From NCBI GenBank assembly GCA_028023455.1, contig JAQFVV010000007.1, positions 13,206,001 to 13,270,000 of the forward strand: 64,000 bases of DNA, in the 5' to 3' direction. The notes under the pieces are model-generated. The model saw only the letters and a list, made by a program, of their open reading frames with translations. It had not been told where the DNA came from and searched no databases. The stretch comes from Epiperipatus broadwayi (Eukaryota; Animalia; Onychophora). The translations under genes and the position numbers were made by a program. Of this stretch, positions 14,767 to 26,699 are shown one piece after another (position 1 is the first letter of the stretch; the number at the start of each line of letters is the position of its first letter).

Positions 14767-15024
14767 CACCAATCTTACCAATTAATAAGAATTATACCCC
14801 TTGAAAACAAAAGAAAAAAAATCAGTGGGCTTTTTTGTGTGCCTTATCCAGACAAGCTCAGTTTCAAGATCTGGGAGGCAATGTCTATTGGGAGAATGAA
14901 GCCAAAGTTATCTTACAAAGAAATCTCATTTATATACTTTTATAATTTTTCTATCTGCCCTATGAATCTTATTATTTTATTTCTTTTCGAGATATACGGT
15001 CATGAATATCAGTAAGCTTTTATA
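14767..15024. repeat. About 255-bp direct repeat, copy 2
   Basis: See 11430-11686. Confidence 0.9.
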
Positions 15025-15430
15025 CGATTTTTGAAAATTATGTAACATATTCCCCATTTTTCAAGGTAAGTTAAGTTTATTTTTGTGTGATTTTTTTTAG
15101 TGTGGATTTTCTGCAGAACCTATCTATTGTATAAAATGAGACCCAGGTGTATATGATGTTTTTTTACTTTTAGTTAGCAGATACTTTGTAACAAATCTTT
15201 TAGAACTATCCACATTAAATTTAACTATTCAAAAAGTAAACAAGCCTGCCATATTTCTAGTATTTGAAATAAAATTCACATTCATTAAAAATTCTTTGCA
15301 TTTTTTTTTAATTTATGAAGGCCACATTTTAAATTTTATAAGTTTTAATTATTAAACAATCTAGAGAAATTAAGATTTCAATCATCATTTGTGCTTCTTT
15401 CTATTTTAAATAACTATAAGTACTTGTCAA

Positions 15431-15484
15431 GTGTTGGTTGTGTAGTGGTTAGCATAGCTGTCTTCCAAGCAGGTGGCCTGAGTT
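15431..15484 (+). pseudogene. 3'-truncated tRNA-Gly(TCC) pseudogene
   Basis: gtgttggttgtgtagtggttagcatagctgtcttccaagcaggtggcctgagtt aligns with metazoan tRNA-Gly-TCC (GCGTTGGTGGTATAGTGGTTAGCATAGCTGCCTTCCAAGCAGTTGACCCGGGTT). It lacks the T-loop 3' half and the 3' acceptor strand. Confidence 0.8.
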
Positions 15485-17826
15485 TATACATTTGTAATAT
15501 GAAAAAAAAACTATAAGTACTTTTTCTGGATTTTAAAATATAGTGTCATCTAGTGGGTATCACTGAAAACAACAAACTGATATTATGCATTCTGAACTTT
15601 AATCAGCCAACATGCTTAATTAGGTAACTGTCTTGATAGACCTAAAATATATCAATGATATATTGCATTGGTTATCAATATGAAACATCTGTACAAAATT
15701 TAAAGAAAATTCCTTTGTCATTAGTATGTTAAAGGTGAGTAACAAGATTTAATCTGGACAAGCAAGCAATCAAATAAACAGGATTTCTAAGTTAAATAAA
15801 AGTGTTTCAAAAATGCAAAAGATAAAAACGATATATTTATAACAATCTACTTTATTGCTTTCTTTATTTGTTTGTAATTCAAGGTCCACTATGCAGGCAT
15901 GATTATATAATTATAACTCCTTTACAGATTTACAGCTTGTCTCTGCTTTAAACCAGGCTGGTCATAATCATAGGACTAATATATTGAACTGTATTAAAAT
16001 ACACATGGTTCATGAGTATATTGGCATTTGGTAATATCTTAAAAAAAAAGCTTAAAAAAAGTAAAATTTAAATACCTTTTAAAAGACACAATTTAATTTT
16101 CTTTTTTAGTTACTATTATAATTTTTTATTAAACGCCCATTATTATATTAAGTAATAATTTACTAAGGCTGTAACCTTAGAAATAAGCGTCTGAAAAATA
16201 CGAAGGTAGGGACCTCTATAGGTCTTAAAACACAAGCTTACGCTATGAAGAAAAGAGAGAATCCCTTCTTTACTTCAACCTACTTTTATATATAAATAGG
16301 TGAAGCTGAAGTGTTTTGATCTAAGAGTGTGAAGCTATTCAATACTTCACTAATTAAGTCCACAATTCTTATAATACATTAATACTCACGAAATCTTACA
16401 ATTTACTACGAGTCAATGAAAAGATCTTATAGTAAGAAATCTGTTATGATAATTTAAAGTTGTAATTATAAATTTTTATTAAACGCCCATTATTTATTTT
16501 TTTAGATAACATGCAATGAAGGTTGTCTTTGTTTATATTTATCTATTTAATTTAAGTTAAAATTGGAGTGAATAAAAAAGAGATGCAGATTACTAACCCA
16601 GATAAACAAAAAGAGCAAAATCCCAGATATAAAAGAAAGACTATGCTAATTAAAGATGGGGGAAATATTTGGTAAAAAAAAGACTTTGTAGCTGAAAACT
16701 AATAAAGAATGCATGGAATTAATTTGTATTCTGATAACAAAAACAAAGCTTCAAAACTGGATCTAGAGTATAAAAATAATACAATTTCGATCTAGGTCTT
16801 GTTGTCTCATTCTTTTGGCTTGAGGTTCCTGTGAGAGCCCTGGGTAGTGAAATGCATCTACCCAGGAATACTATTTACCTGCTGAATGAAGTCTCTATGT
16901 GGTAATGGGAATGAAACATTGCAGATACTATCATTCATAATGTAGAGGTCACTCCAAAAGAGCTTTTGAGTACAGCCTTAAGACAGACCAGGAATGTGAA
17001 AATGTTGACAAACAAAATCAGTTAACTTCTAATGAACTCGGTATCCCAAGAAATACATGTATACTACAAGAATCTACACAATCTTACTAGTAAGTTAAGA
17101 TTATTCATACCTAAATTTGTGACAAAAATGTTTGCCAACTAACGTTAACTATAAGCTTATAATATCGATAGAATCATTAACTTTTATTATTCAAGGAACA
17201 TTCTAGGAGAAACTTAAAATGATAAGAACTATGTGAATTAATCATTTTAATTATTTGATCAACATTAGTATCTGGATTAGCATGTATGTGCTTTACAATT
17301 TTATTTAATAATTTATCATTTAACTATTTTAATTTGTTATAATAAAATATTTATCTCTAATATCAACTTTTCATTGTGTATTATTAATGTTAGTTTATTA
17401 GAAATTATTATGTAGAATTATCTTTGCCAAAATACTTGTTTAATAGTTAAGCCCCGAAAAATATTCATATAAATGCTTTAAAATAACAAGAAAATGTAAT
17501 TCCCGATATTTTAATAATTTGTTTCGTAAATGACGATGCGATGCAACGGATCAGTGAATTCTTGTGTAGAATTATGACACCCTTTTCTAAATAAATAAAA
17601 AAACTGATTCTGCTGGCAATTCAAATCATAATAATTATTAGGTCAGTTAATCATGAAATATAGTTTATGTTCTTGATATATCTAAAGTCATTAGAAATGG
17701 AAGATTAATCTTTTTTATTGTTTGATTGACTTGCACTTTCTAGTGTGTAAAATAAAGGCCTAAATCCAACTGCGAACGTTAAATTAAACTGTGAATGGTA
17801 CAATAGGTATATTATAACTCACAGAG

Positions 17827-17907
17827 AACTCTTTGTACAGTAGTGCCACTCAGTGCAAACCAAAGTAATCAAAGGATGCATTGAGTGGTGCTACTGCATA
17901 GAGAGTT
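17827..17907. mobile_element. Internally deleted MITE of the 'tacagtagtgccactca' family
   Basis: aactctttgtacagtagtgccactca pairs with tgagtggtgctactgcatagagagtt. Relatives lie at ~52797-52830 and 60246-60476. Confidence 0.6.
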
Positions 17908-17967
17908 TAGACTATGTGTAAACAGCTTGTGTAAGCATAAAGAATGGTGTTCATGATGTTTAGTGGT

Positions 17968-18118
17968 TATATTATAATTCCTTTACAGATTTATGTCTTA
18001 TTACTGTTTTCAACTAGGCATTCATATTCATATCACTAAGATAAGGTATACCTATCTTAGTGCTATGAATATATCCTGTCTGGTTAAAAGCAGTGCTAAG
18101 CTATAAAGGAGATATATT
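17968..18118. mobile_element. About 150-bp fold-back (palindromic) MITE-like element
   Basis: A central perfect IR cactaagata/tatcttagtg (18034-18062) is flanked by imperfect outer arms. A related arm lies near 15905-15975. Confidence 0.5.
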
Positions 18119-18365
18119 TTTATAATCCTTCTGGAATAGTGGACCTTCCCTATATATTGAATATATATTATAGATTTTTCATTTTCGCTAAAATGAAAAA
18201 TAATTGATTAATAATAAACAATTTAATAATATTAAAAAAGGAAAACATATTTGCATTTAATACGTATTATAGTTAGGTATTTTTTTTATCGTTAGGAGTA
18301 ATCTTTTTTTTTAATATTATGTAACTGTTTAATTATAACGATACTGCTTTTTATTTCTTTTATTA

Positions 18366-18940
18366 TAATATATAGGGTATATGAGCACAGACTTTCACAC
18401 GACCCACCACTCTCCACACCCTCTCATAACACTGACACACTTGAACACATATATGTCGAAAAGATGAATATTCACCAATACACGCATTTCATGCTAAACC
18501 AGCAATCATCAGTTGGTCCAGATCTCCACACATATATGCTATAAGTGCTTAGATATATATTAAGATAGCCAATCCTCATAATTTAATGTACAGGCTTCCA
18601 TCTACTCCACACTCCAACCATCCATCCAATTGAAAATCTGATGATGGAATGCTCAAAGGTCACCCTGAGGCTGAGATTCTTGTCATACCCATGTACAGGA
18701 CATAATCCATTTAATACATATACAAGGGATGGACAGACATCTCTACTATGTAATAACTGAAACACACAGCCTTATTATATACCCATGTCTATATATGTAA
18801 TATATAGGGTATAGGAGCACAGATTTTCACATGACCCACCACTCTCCACACCATCTCATAACACTGACATACTTGAACACATAGATGTCAAAAAGATAAA
18901 TAATCACCAATATACACATTTCATGCTAAACCAGCAATCA
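18366..18940 (-). mobile_element. Hammerhead-containing repeat family: one ~432-bp unit plus a partial second unit in tandem
   Basis: 18366-18797 is followed by a re-start 'atatagggtataggagcacagattttcac' at ~18800. The hammerhead 3' halves at 18474 and 18906 are 432 bp apart. Confidence 0.8.
18474..18517 (-). ncRNA. Minimal type I hammerhead ribozyme motif (best-preserved copy)
   Basis: The minus strand reads accaa-CUGAUGA-uugcu gguu uagcau-GAAA-ugcgug-UA-uuggu. Stem I (accaa/uuggu) is perfect, stem II is ugcu/agca, both core boxes are intact and the cleavage triplet is GUA. Pair 10.1-11.1 is U-U in this copy. Confidence 0.7.
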
Positions 18941-21900
18941 CAAAATAGTATTGATATGATTTTATACAACGTATAGAGAACACACAATCTAAGCAGTTGT
19001 TTCTTAATATTTTTGTTCCCATATCAACTAATGAAAAGTCAGAGTTGTGGATTGAAAATATAAAGCACATATAATGACCGAATGGTTAGTTTATTGTTCA
19101 GCAAGCTTTTAAAAGCTCAAGTGTCAGGTGTGGGCTGTAATCAGTTATTTTTAAAGTTCAGTGTTAGCCATTTTACCCTGCATCAAACAATATAAGGCAA
19201 AAAAATATTATAATAAAATTAAATTTTATATGAGTCTTATATTTATGTATAACAAAACATATATCATCTACATGAATTTGTTGAGTGTATAATAATTTAT
19301 GTTTTAAAAAATACTTAAAATTTAATGAGATTTTCATTGATCCTTCATTCAACATTAAAATAATTATATATAATTACTTATAAATACAGCCTACATGTAA
19401 TACTGGAAATGATTACTTTTCTAAGCACCATTTGTGTTAGTGTGCTGTTTTCCTTTTGTCCAGGAAATATAAATGATCTTTTACATCTTCAGCTTTGTTT
19501 CTACTAAGTATTATCCATATTTGAAAAGACTATGTCCATTTCCAGTGTCAACTTGAAGAGTGCCTTCATTAACATCACATGTCAAAATAACAATTTCTAT
19601 ATGAATCTAAGTTTCTGATGTAAATAATCATTTATGCATTAGTTTGATTTATACATGGTGTGATGACATGAGTGGTGTTTGGAGAAACAAATCACATGGG
19701 AAATTGCCCAGTAGGTCTTGTGATGTTTGAGAAATATAGTGTGATGTTAAGTATTCAACATTTAAATTAATGGTTAGTTGCACATTTGATTTCAACATTC
19801 TTAAATAATGTTGCATTTCAATGTCCTAAACTTATTATGTAATTGAAATGATTAATTGATTTGATTTTGTCAGTAATTATTCTACTGCATATTTCAAAAC
19901 ACATAGCAGTCATATAGTTTTATTATTCAGTAGTTCAAAAAAAGATTATGTGCAGAAAATTTTAAAACTGAAATTGATTTCAGGTTTATATGCTCCCAAC
20001 TCTGAAACACTACCACTGCACCGAAACATGTAAAACGTAAGAATGAATTTTGAATAACATTTTTGTTTAAATGATTTTGTTTATAATCGAAACATTTACT
20101 TGTTATGTTCTAAATATTATAAGTAGAGTATTTTTTTTTTCTATTTCAGAGTTTTTTTGCTGGAACAGCCATAAAAGTTTGAATAATTCTATAACATCAA
20201 TAGATTTAACTTTATGATAAATATATTTTTGCAATCTGCTTAAATATCTTCATGGATCAACGCTGGTCCATTGACTGTTCTCAAATACCAACTTAGTAAA
20301 TTTTATTTTAAAAATTAATTGAAACACATAATTATTGGTGTGTGTGTTTTAAACTTATCAATTTTCCTCCTTTTACATTAACTATTTCTTTTAATTAATT
20401 AATGCGAGCAATTTTTTTAACTTGTAATACTTTAACTTGCTCTTTAATTTCATAAAAAAAAAATTTAGGGTAAAAATTTAAAAAAAAAGAATTCATATCC
20501 AAAGTCTTAAAAGTGTTAAGGATTACTCGTTTAAGTAATATTTGCCTTTATTAGTTATTAATTATAAGAGGATAACTGTATGATTAATGCGAGAACTACA
20601 TATTAATTTTTTAATATATTTTTAATCTGAAGATAAACATGTTTTATAATAACAATTCGCATATATGCGGGAGAGGAGGGGGGAAAAAAGAATTATTTTT
20701 GTAAATTTTTACGTCAACATAATTCTAATTGAGACATTCACTCAGAAATACTTTAGTGTTATTAACTTATCACCGGCGACATCAGAATTACTTTGGATTC
20801 ATCAATTCAAGATTATTCTAGAAGAGTATGTTTATCAAACCAATTAACAACTGTAATCTTATTAAATGTTTTTTTCTCTCTCTCCATTTTTCAAAACCAC
20901 CACAAATAAAATTAGCAATTTACATAATGATAAGATTTTCAGGTTATTTTTTTTAAGGAATTGAACATAAATGACCCGACTTTGTTCCATAGAATAGTAA
21001 GCTGCAAACATTTTATGCTAATTTGTTATTTTAATTTTTTATCCTTAATAAGAGAATGAGATTTGCAGGCGAGCATTTTTAGAAAGTAAATGTTAGTACT
21101 GTTGAAAGAGTATCAGCATAAATAAATTATGGAAAAGAAAGGTTTTTCTTTTTTACTTTTCTATAATATAACAAAATTCTAACAATAAAAATTTTATCAT
21201 CATCAATTCTCTTCGAGAAACATTAAAACAACTTTTCTAAATAATATTATCACCTCTAGTTTTCAACCTTTCGTAACTATCTTCTATGTTAAGATTATCT
21301 ATCATGTTTATTTTTTTGCCTCTGATATGCTTAATGCTCGCAATCTCTTTCTACATGGCTTTAATCCCTTTACATATATATGTGTGAATAGTCTGAGCCA
21401 GTGAAATTTTGACTATTTTTTTCCAAATTACATATATTACCATCACTGAAGTAATGTATCACATAATGACATAATTTAGCTATTCATCTAACACGTGTAA
21501 ATTGTGAGTTATAACATGAAATATGATATTGTGTTTTATACCTTTGCAGACCATCTTAAAGCTTTTCTTCTTATCACAAAATCTTGCAAACAAAACAACT
21601 TCAAAACATTCTTTTGATTTATATCCTTATCACCATCTACAGTTTGAATGATTTCAAAGATTTCTTTTGTAGTTTTCTCAATTTAAAACAAAATTTAATG
21701 TTAATGTTTTGCTTTAATGTAGGTTAACATGCAAAACACACCAGTCCATGCCATAACTAGTGATCCTGATGTGCTAGGGTCTTAAAATATTATATGGGGA
21801 AAAACTAAGTTGTGTTGAAGTAAAAAGAATTTTTAGTATTTTTTAATATTTTTGCATTTGTTTGGAATATGTAATATTTATTACTATATATTTGCTTTAT

Positions 21901-22345
21901 TTTTTTTATTTTTTAGTGTTCCTTGAAAAAGACTATGTAAAATAGTTGAAACCTTGGATGTATTTTATTTGTATTATAGTCATGTAAAAACAAGTTTTGA
22001 AAAGAATTTAAGTTTGATGTATTCATGTACATATATGGAAAATTGTGAACTATTTTGAAAAGAAAAAAAAATGTGCAGATGATATTTTAAATTCATTAGA
22101 TTGTGTTTCTATATAACATGTACATTGATTTAAAGATGGTACTGTAGGCAGCATAGAGAGAAAGAGTTAGTCATCAGTTAATTTTTTTGGGGGGTCACAC
22201 TGTGTATACCCATTCCTTTTATTTATTTTTTTTTCCTTAATAACTTTATGCTTCTAATCTGATATTTCCAATAAATTTTTTTTATTCATCTTCAAATCCC
22301 AATTATTAGAAAGGGATTATAATCATATGTTCTTTAATTTTTTAG

Positions 22346-22480
22346 TTGTCCAAGTCTCTTCTCCATATAAAACAGTACTATAAACAAAACACTTTACAAC
22401 TATTTTTTGTAGTTATAATTTTAAGTAACAACATACTAACTAACTTTATTAAAAGTTGTATTACCTCAAATAATTCACAG
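22346..22480 (-). pseudogene. Short RTE-like LINE fragment
   Basis: The minus-strand translation is VVKCFVYSTVLYGEETWT. Confidence 0.55.
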
Positions 22481-24749
22481 TTTGCTATATTTAATCAGGA
22501 GTTCATTAAAATAAAATCCAGTTTCAGTGGGGAGACAATATGATTTATGCAATAAGGCATTCTTCTTGCAGGATAGTTATGGAAATATTGGTCTTTTCCC
22601 ACCTAATAATTGTTTATAATAATGATTCTCCTTCTGGATTTTCAACCAAGTATCCATAAGCAAACAATTACAGCTTAAAAATGGATTTTTATAAGGTTTG
22701 TACAAACTTTTTACCAAATTCATCAGTAAAAGCAACTGTAGTTGGTTTTCATGCCATTCCTGGAATCTCGTCAACAGAATAATAACAATTCAAGTTTATT
22801 GTTGTATATAAAATCTAGCAGTTTCTGATTTACTCAGGCATGAGGAAACACAACTCATATGAAGTCATTTGTTTTTAGCGTACATGCATCCAAATATTTT
22901 TAGATATTTATCTGACAAAAAAAATGTCAGGGTTGTTAATCTTTGAAATATGTCAAACCCTAATAGCAGTAGGATACGTTTGTAAAACAAATACCATTGG
23001 GCCAAATAATTTATTCAGAATTTAATGTTGCTACCAATATATGCATTAAAGTCTATTAGAAGGAAAACTCAATATCATATTGGCATTGATTTCATAATAT
23101 TCTTCAGCATATAAAGCTTGTTTTGGATGACTTTCCAAATCTAATGCCACAACATTTTTATTAAAAAAATTTGAATATTGAGAGAAATGTTTTTTATTAT
23201 TAGTAATTAACTTAATCACTCTCATATATCTTTAAAATCATTGGGTATTTCCCTCAGAAAAAGCATAGTAGTTTCATGGCTTTAGTATCATAAATTATAT
23301 TAGCATAGGATTTTTTTAAATATTGTAAATTTCACCACATTGCTTTTAATAGTTTTTTTTTTTATTTTAAAAAATTCTGAAGAGGTCAGTATCATGATTG
23401 AACAGTCATCAAATATCAATCATCTTGTCTCTATTGTTCTGTAAAGAAAAGATTTATTTTAGGGCAGTCTTTTTTTCTTGATGATGCTTTATGTGAAATT
23501 TCTCATTACCATTATCAACTGTCAAAATTGACATAATGTTAGAATTTTTCAAATATTTTTATAACTATAAAGTAATCACATTTTAAAGCAGAAATTGATA
23601 GATTCATCATAAATCACCATTTGTTTCTTCACATGTTTTTTTTTTTTTTAAAATTATTTTCTAAGCATTTACAATAATTTTCTTAATGACTTATACAGTA
23701 CATTATTATAATTTTATTTTCTAAGCATTTACGATAATTTTGTTAATGACTTATACGGTACATTATTCTTAGTTACTAGATGCTTTTTAAATACTTAAAA
23801 AGGTCAATTGTTATTGTTTAAAATATTATTTGTTTATAAAATTAAATTAAAAAGAAATCAAGCCCAATTTGTTGAGTTTTGATATAAAATAAAGATTTTA
23901 TACAGAAGTGAAAGAGTGAGCATTTTCAAATACCCTCATCAGGAGAAATAATAGAACACATCAAATTGTTTAAGATTTAGTATTTAGAATTTCTAAAAAT
24001 GGCAGATATATCATAGGCAATCTAAGATCGCAAAGTTCCCTCTTCCATTAAAGATGTACCTGTCCAAAATAATTCTAGCAATGCACCTGTTAAATTATTT
24101 AAAAATAAGTTTAATTATAAATAGCTATCCCAATGTTAAATCTCACAAACTTTCTAATTGTAAGAACTGTTTGTGCCCAAGCTTTGTCAACCAAAAATTC
24201 CAGTCATCTTTGTGACTATATTTACAAAAAAATAATAACTTTATTGTTCCAACTTTATTATTTCCACTAGATTATAATCTGCTACTTTTATCTGTATTTT
24301 TATTATAATGCTTTACCATTTAAATAAATATTGCATCAGGCATAATGTTCTATTAAGTTTGTGCAAAATTTTAAAATGTCTTTTTAAAACCAATCTTGGT
24401 AAGACTTCAGGACTGTTAGTTTTCTCTACTTAAGTGGTAACAATATAACAAATAAATATTGGTAAGAGTGATAAAACAGAAGCTTTATTTTAGATCCTTC
24501 AACATATGTGTTATGCAGAAAAGTTTTCTAAAAGGATAATGAAACATTCATCCATTTATGGAGTCATCTCCTGTTCAAATCTTGATACCAAATATTTTTT
24601 TTAACAATTGTACTACCTCATGCAAGATCATATCTAAAAACTCAATGTTTAATTTTTTTTTGATGATTTTGAAACATATTCTTGTGTATATTACTTCACT
24701 ACCGTTCTCATTCTTAAACAAATTTACAAAATATTAAAAATCTCTTGTC

Positions 24750-25100
24750 AAGACAACAGTACAATTGTGCAGTAAGTGAAATCTCCTATTGCTTAAATAA
24801 ACCAATAGAAGATCATCAATTTGTTACTAAGACAACACTATAATTAGGAAGTAAATGGAATCTCTTTACACATAAACAAACCAAGAGAATATCAACAATT
24901 TTTTGCCAAGACAACATTACAATTAGACAGTAATTGGAATTCCTTCATGCATAAACAATCCAACAGAATATCAACAATGTGTTATCAATACAACTTTACA
25001 ATTAGGTAGTAAATAGATTTCCCTCATGCTTAAATCAATAAAATATTGAAAATCAGTTGAGAAGGCAATATTATAATTAAGCAATAAATAGAAACCAAAA
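24750..25100. repeat. Diverged 79-bp minisatellite, ~4.5 units
   Basis: aagacaac-type unit starts at 24750, 24829, 24908, 24987 and ~25062. Confidence 0.8.
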
Positions 25101-25194
25101 AGCATTACATTTATTGCCTAATTGTAGAATTGATCTTTACAAAAAAGTTGATAGTCTTTTGTTTTGTTTAAATTGGGGAACAGTCATGAGACAA

Positions 25195-25255
<61 letters not shown>

Positions 25256-25932
25256 GTATACAATTAATATATATATAAATGTATACAAAAACATCAAAAT
25301 CCATGTAATTAGTAAATGAAAAAAAAAGTTGAACAATCATGAAATTCCATTGACATGGTTAATGCAAAAAAATGATTGGTGGCATGAGAAGTTCATGATT
25401 GAACTTAATGACTGTTTCAGTTTACTTGGATCATGAAAGGACATGTGAATATAAATTTAATTTTGGTATTGAAAGTGTTAAGATTCTTCATGAAGAAAGA
25501 AACCATAATAAAAGAAAAATTAAGGAGGCAATATTAATAGATAGAAATAAAATGAATATAATTAAGACAAGTTTCTAACATTAAAATTATGGATTCAAGG
25601 AATTTGAGTTGATGATGTTTGCTTCCATAATATTTTTTGAATTTAATGGCAGTTGAGGAGGGTTAAGAAATTAACCAAAACTACGTGGATTGAAAGACTG
25701 TATATAATAGTTAATTACCATTATATGTATTTTTTGTTATATATATATTGATTATATTAATGTAAATATCTAGATATTCTTAGCCTACATTACAAATATA
25801 CACAACATAAAGTTTTAATTTAGTATATTAATAAATATTATTACCAAGTATAATTTTAGTACATTAGAATATTGATGGCTTATTTTAAAATATAGTTCAT
25901 TGAGTAGACATTATTATTTATATGTCAAACAT

Positions 25933-26310
25933 AGGAGATTTAAACTCAGACTTTCAAGCCACTTTACTATCCACACTATTTCATACCACTGAAACACATG
26001 ACCACACACATGCAGAAAAGATAAATAATCACCAATATACATATTTCATGCTAATCCAACACTCATCAATTAGTCCAGACTACCATCTCCCATACATATA
26101 TATATAATCAGTGCTCAGTTTATATTGATAGCAATTCCTTACACTTTAATGGACAGGCTTCAACCCACTCCAACTCTTTAGAAATCCATACCATTGAAAA
26201 TCTGATGATAGAATTTCCAAATCCCATGCTGATGCCAATATTGTTGTTTAAATCCCCTATATTTACAATTAGGCTCCAGGTATAGGAGTGCCTGGTATTT
26301 CAAATCTTAC
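25933..26310 (-). mobile_element. Hammerhead repeat family copy (core 26031-26074) flanked by an 11-bp direct repeat
   Basis: The minus strand reads actaa-UUGAUGA-guguuggauuagcau-GAAA-uaugua-UA-uuggu. atgtcaaacat occurs at 25922-25932 and 26311-26321. Confidence 0.75.
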
Positions 26311-26699
26311 ATGTCAAACATTAAAAAAAATGTATCATTGTACTTTTCAACTCATGTCATTGACCTGTCAGATTATAGTCAATTAGTGTATTGAATTAAA
26401 ATAATGCATTTTGATATGTTGGCTCATTAAAAGCTATATACTGCTTCTGTCTATGCTTTAATCTGACAATTTTTTCCATTCTTTAGCCATTATTTTTGGT
26501 CACAAAGGTTGATAAAGGATATACTCATCATGACTTTACTTTTCTGCACTATCTGTAACAATATAACTGTGACTCAATAGACTTTCCTTGTCTTAATAAA
26601 GTCATTATTATTTTTGGTTTTTCTTTTTCTTTTTGTGTGGAATTAGAATGGCCCATATTTATTTATAAATATATGATAATGATATACCATCATAGATTT

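Noticed and set aside
19995-20035. ccgaaacatgt as a Penelope hammerhead remnant
   Set aside because: No upstream CUGANGA or stem II is identifiable.
23650-23770. Small local tandem duplications (here ~60 bp; also 33610-34010, 37170-37245, 8214-8246)
   Set aside because: Ordinary slippage or duplication events with no further structure.
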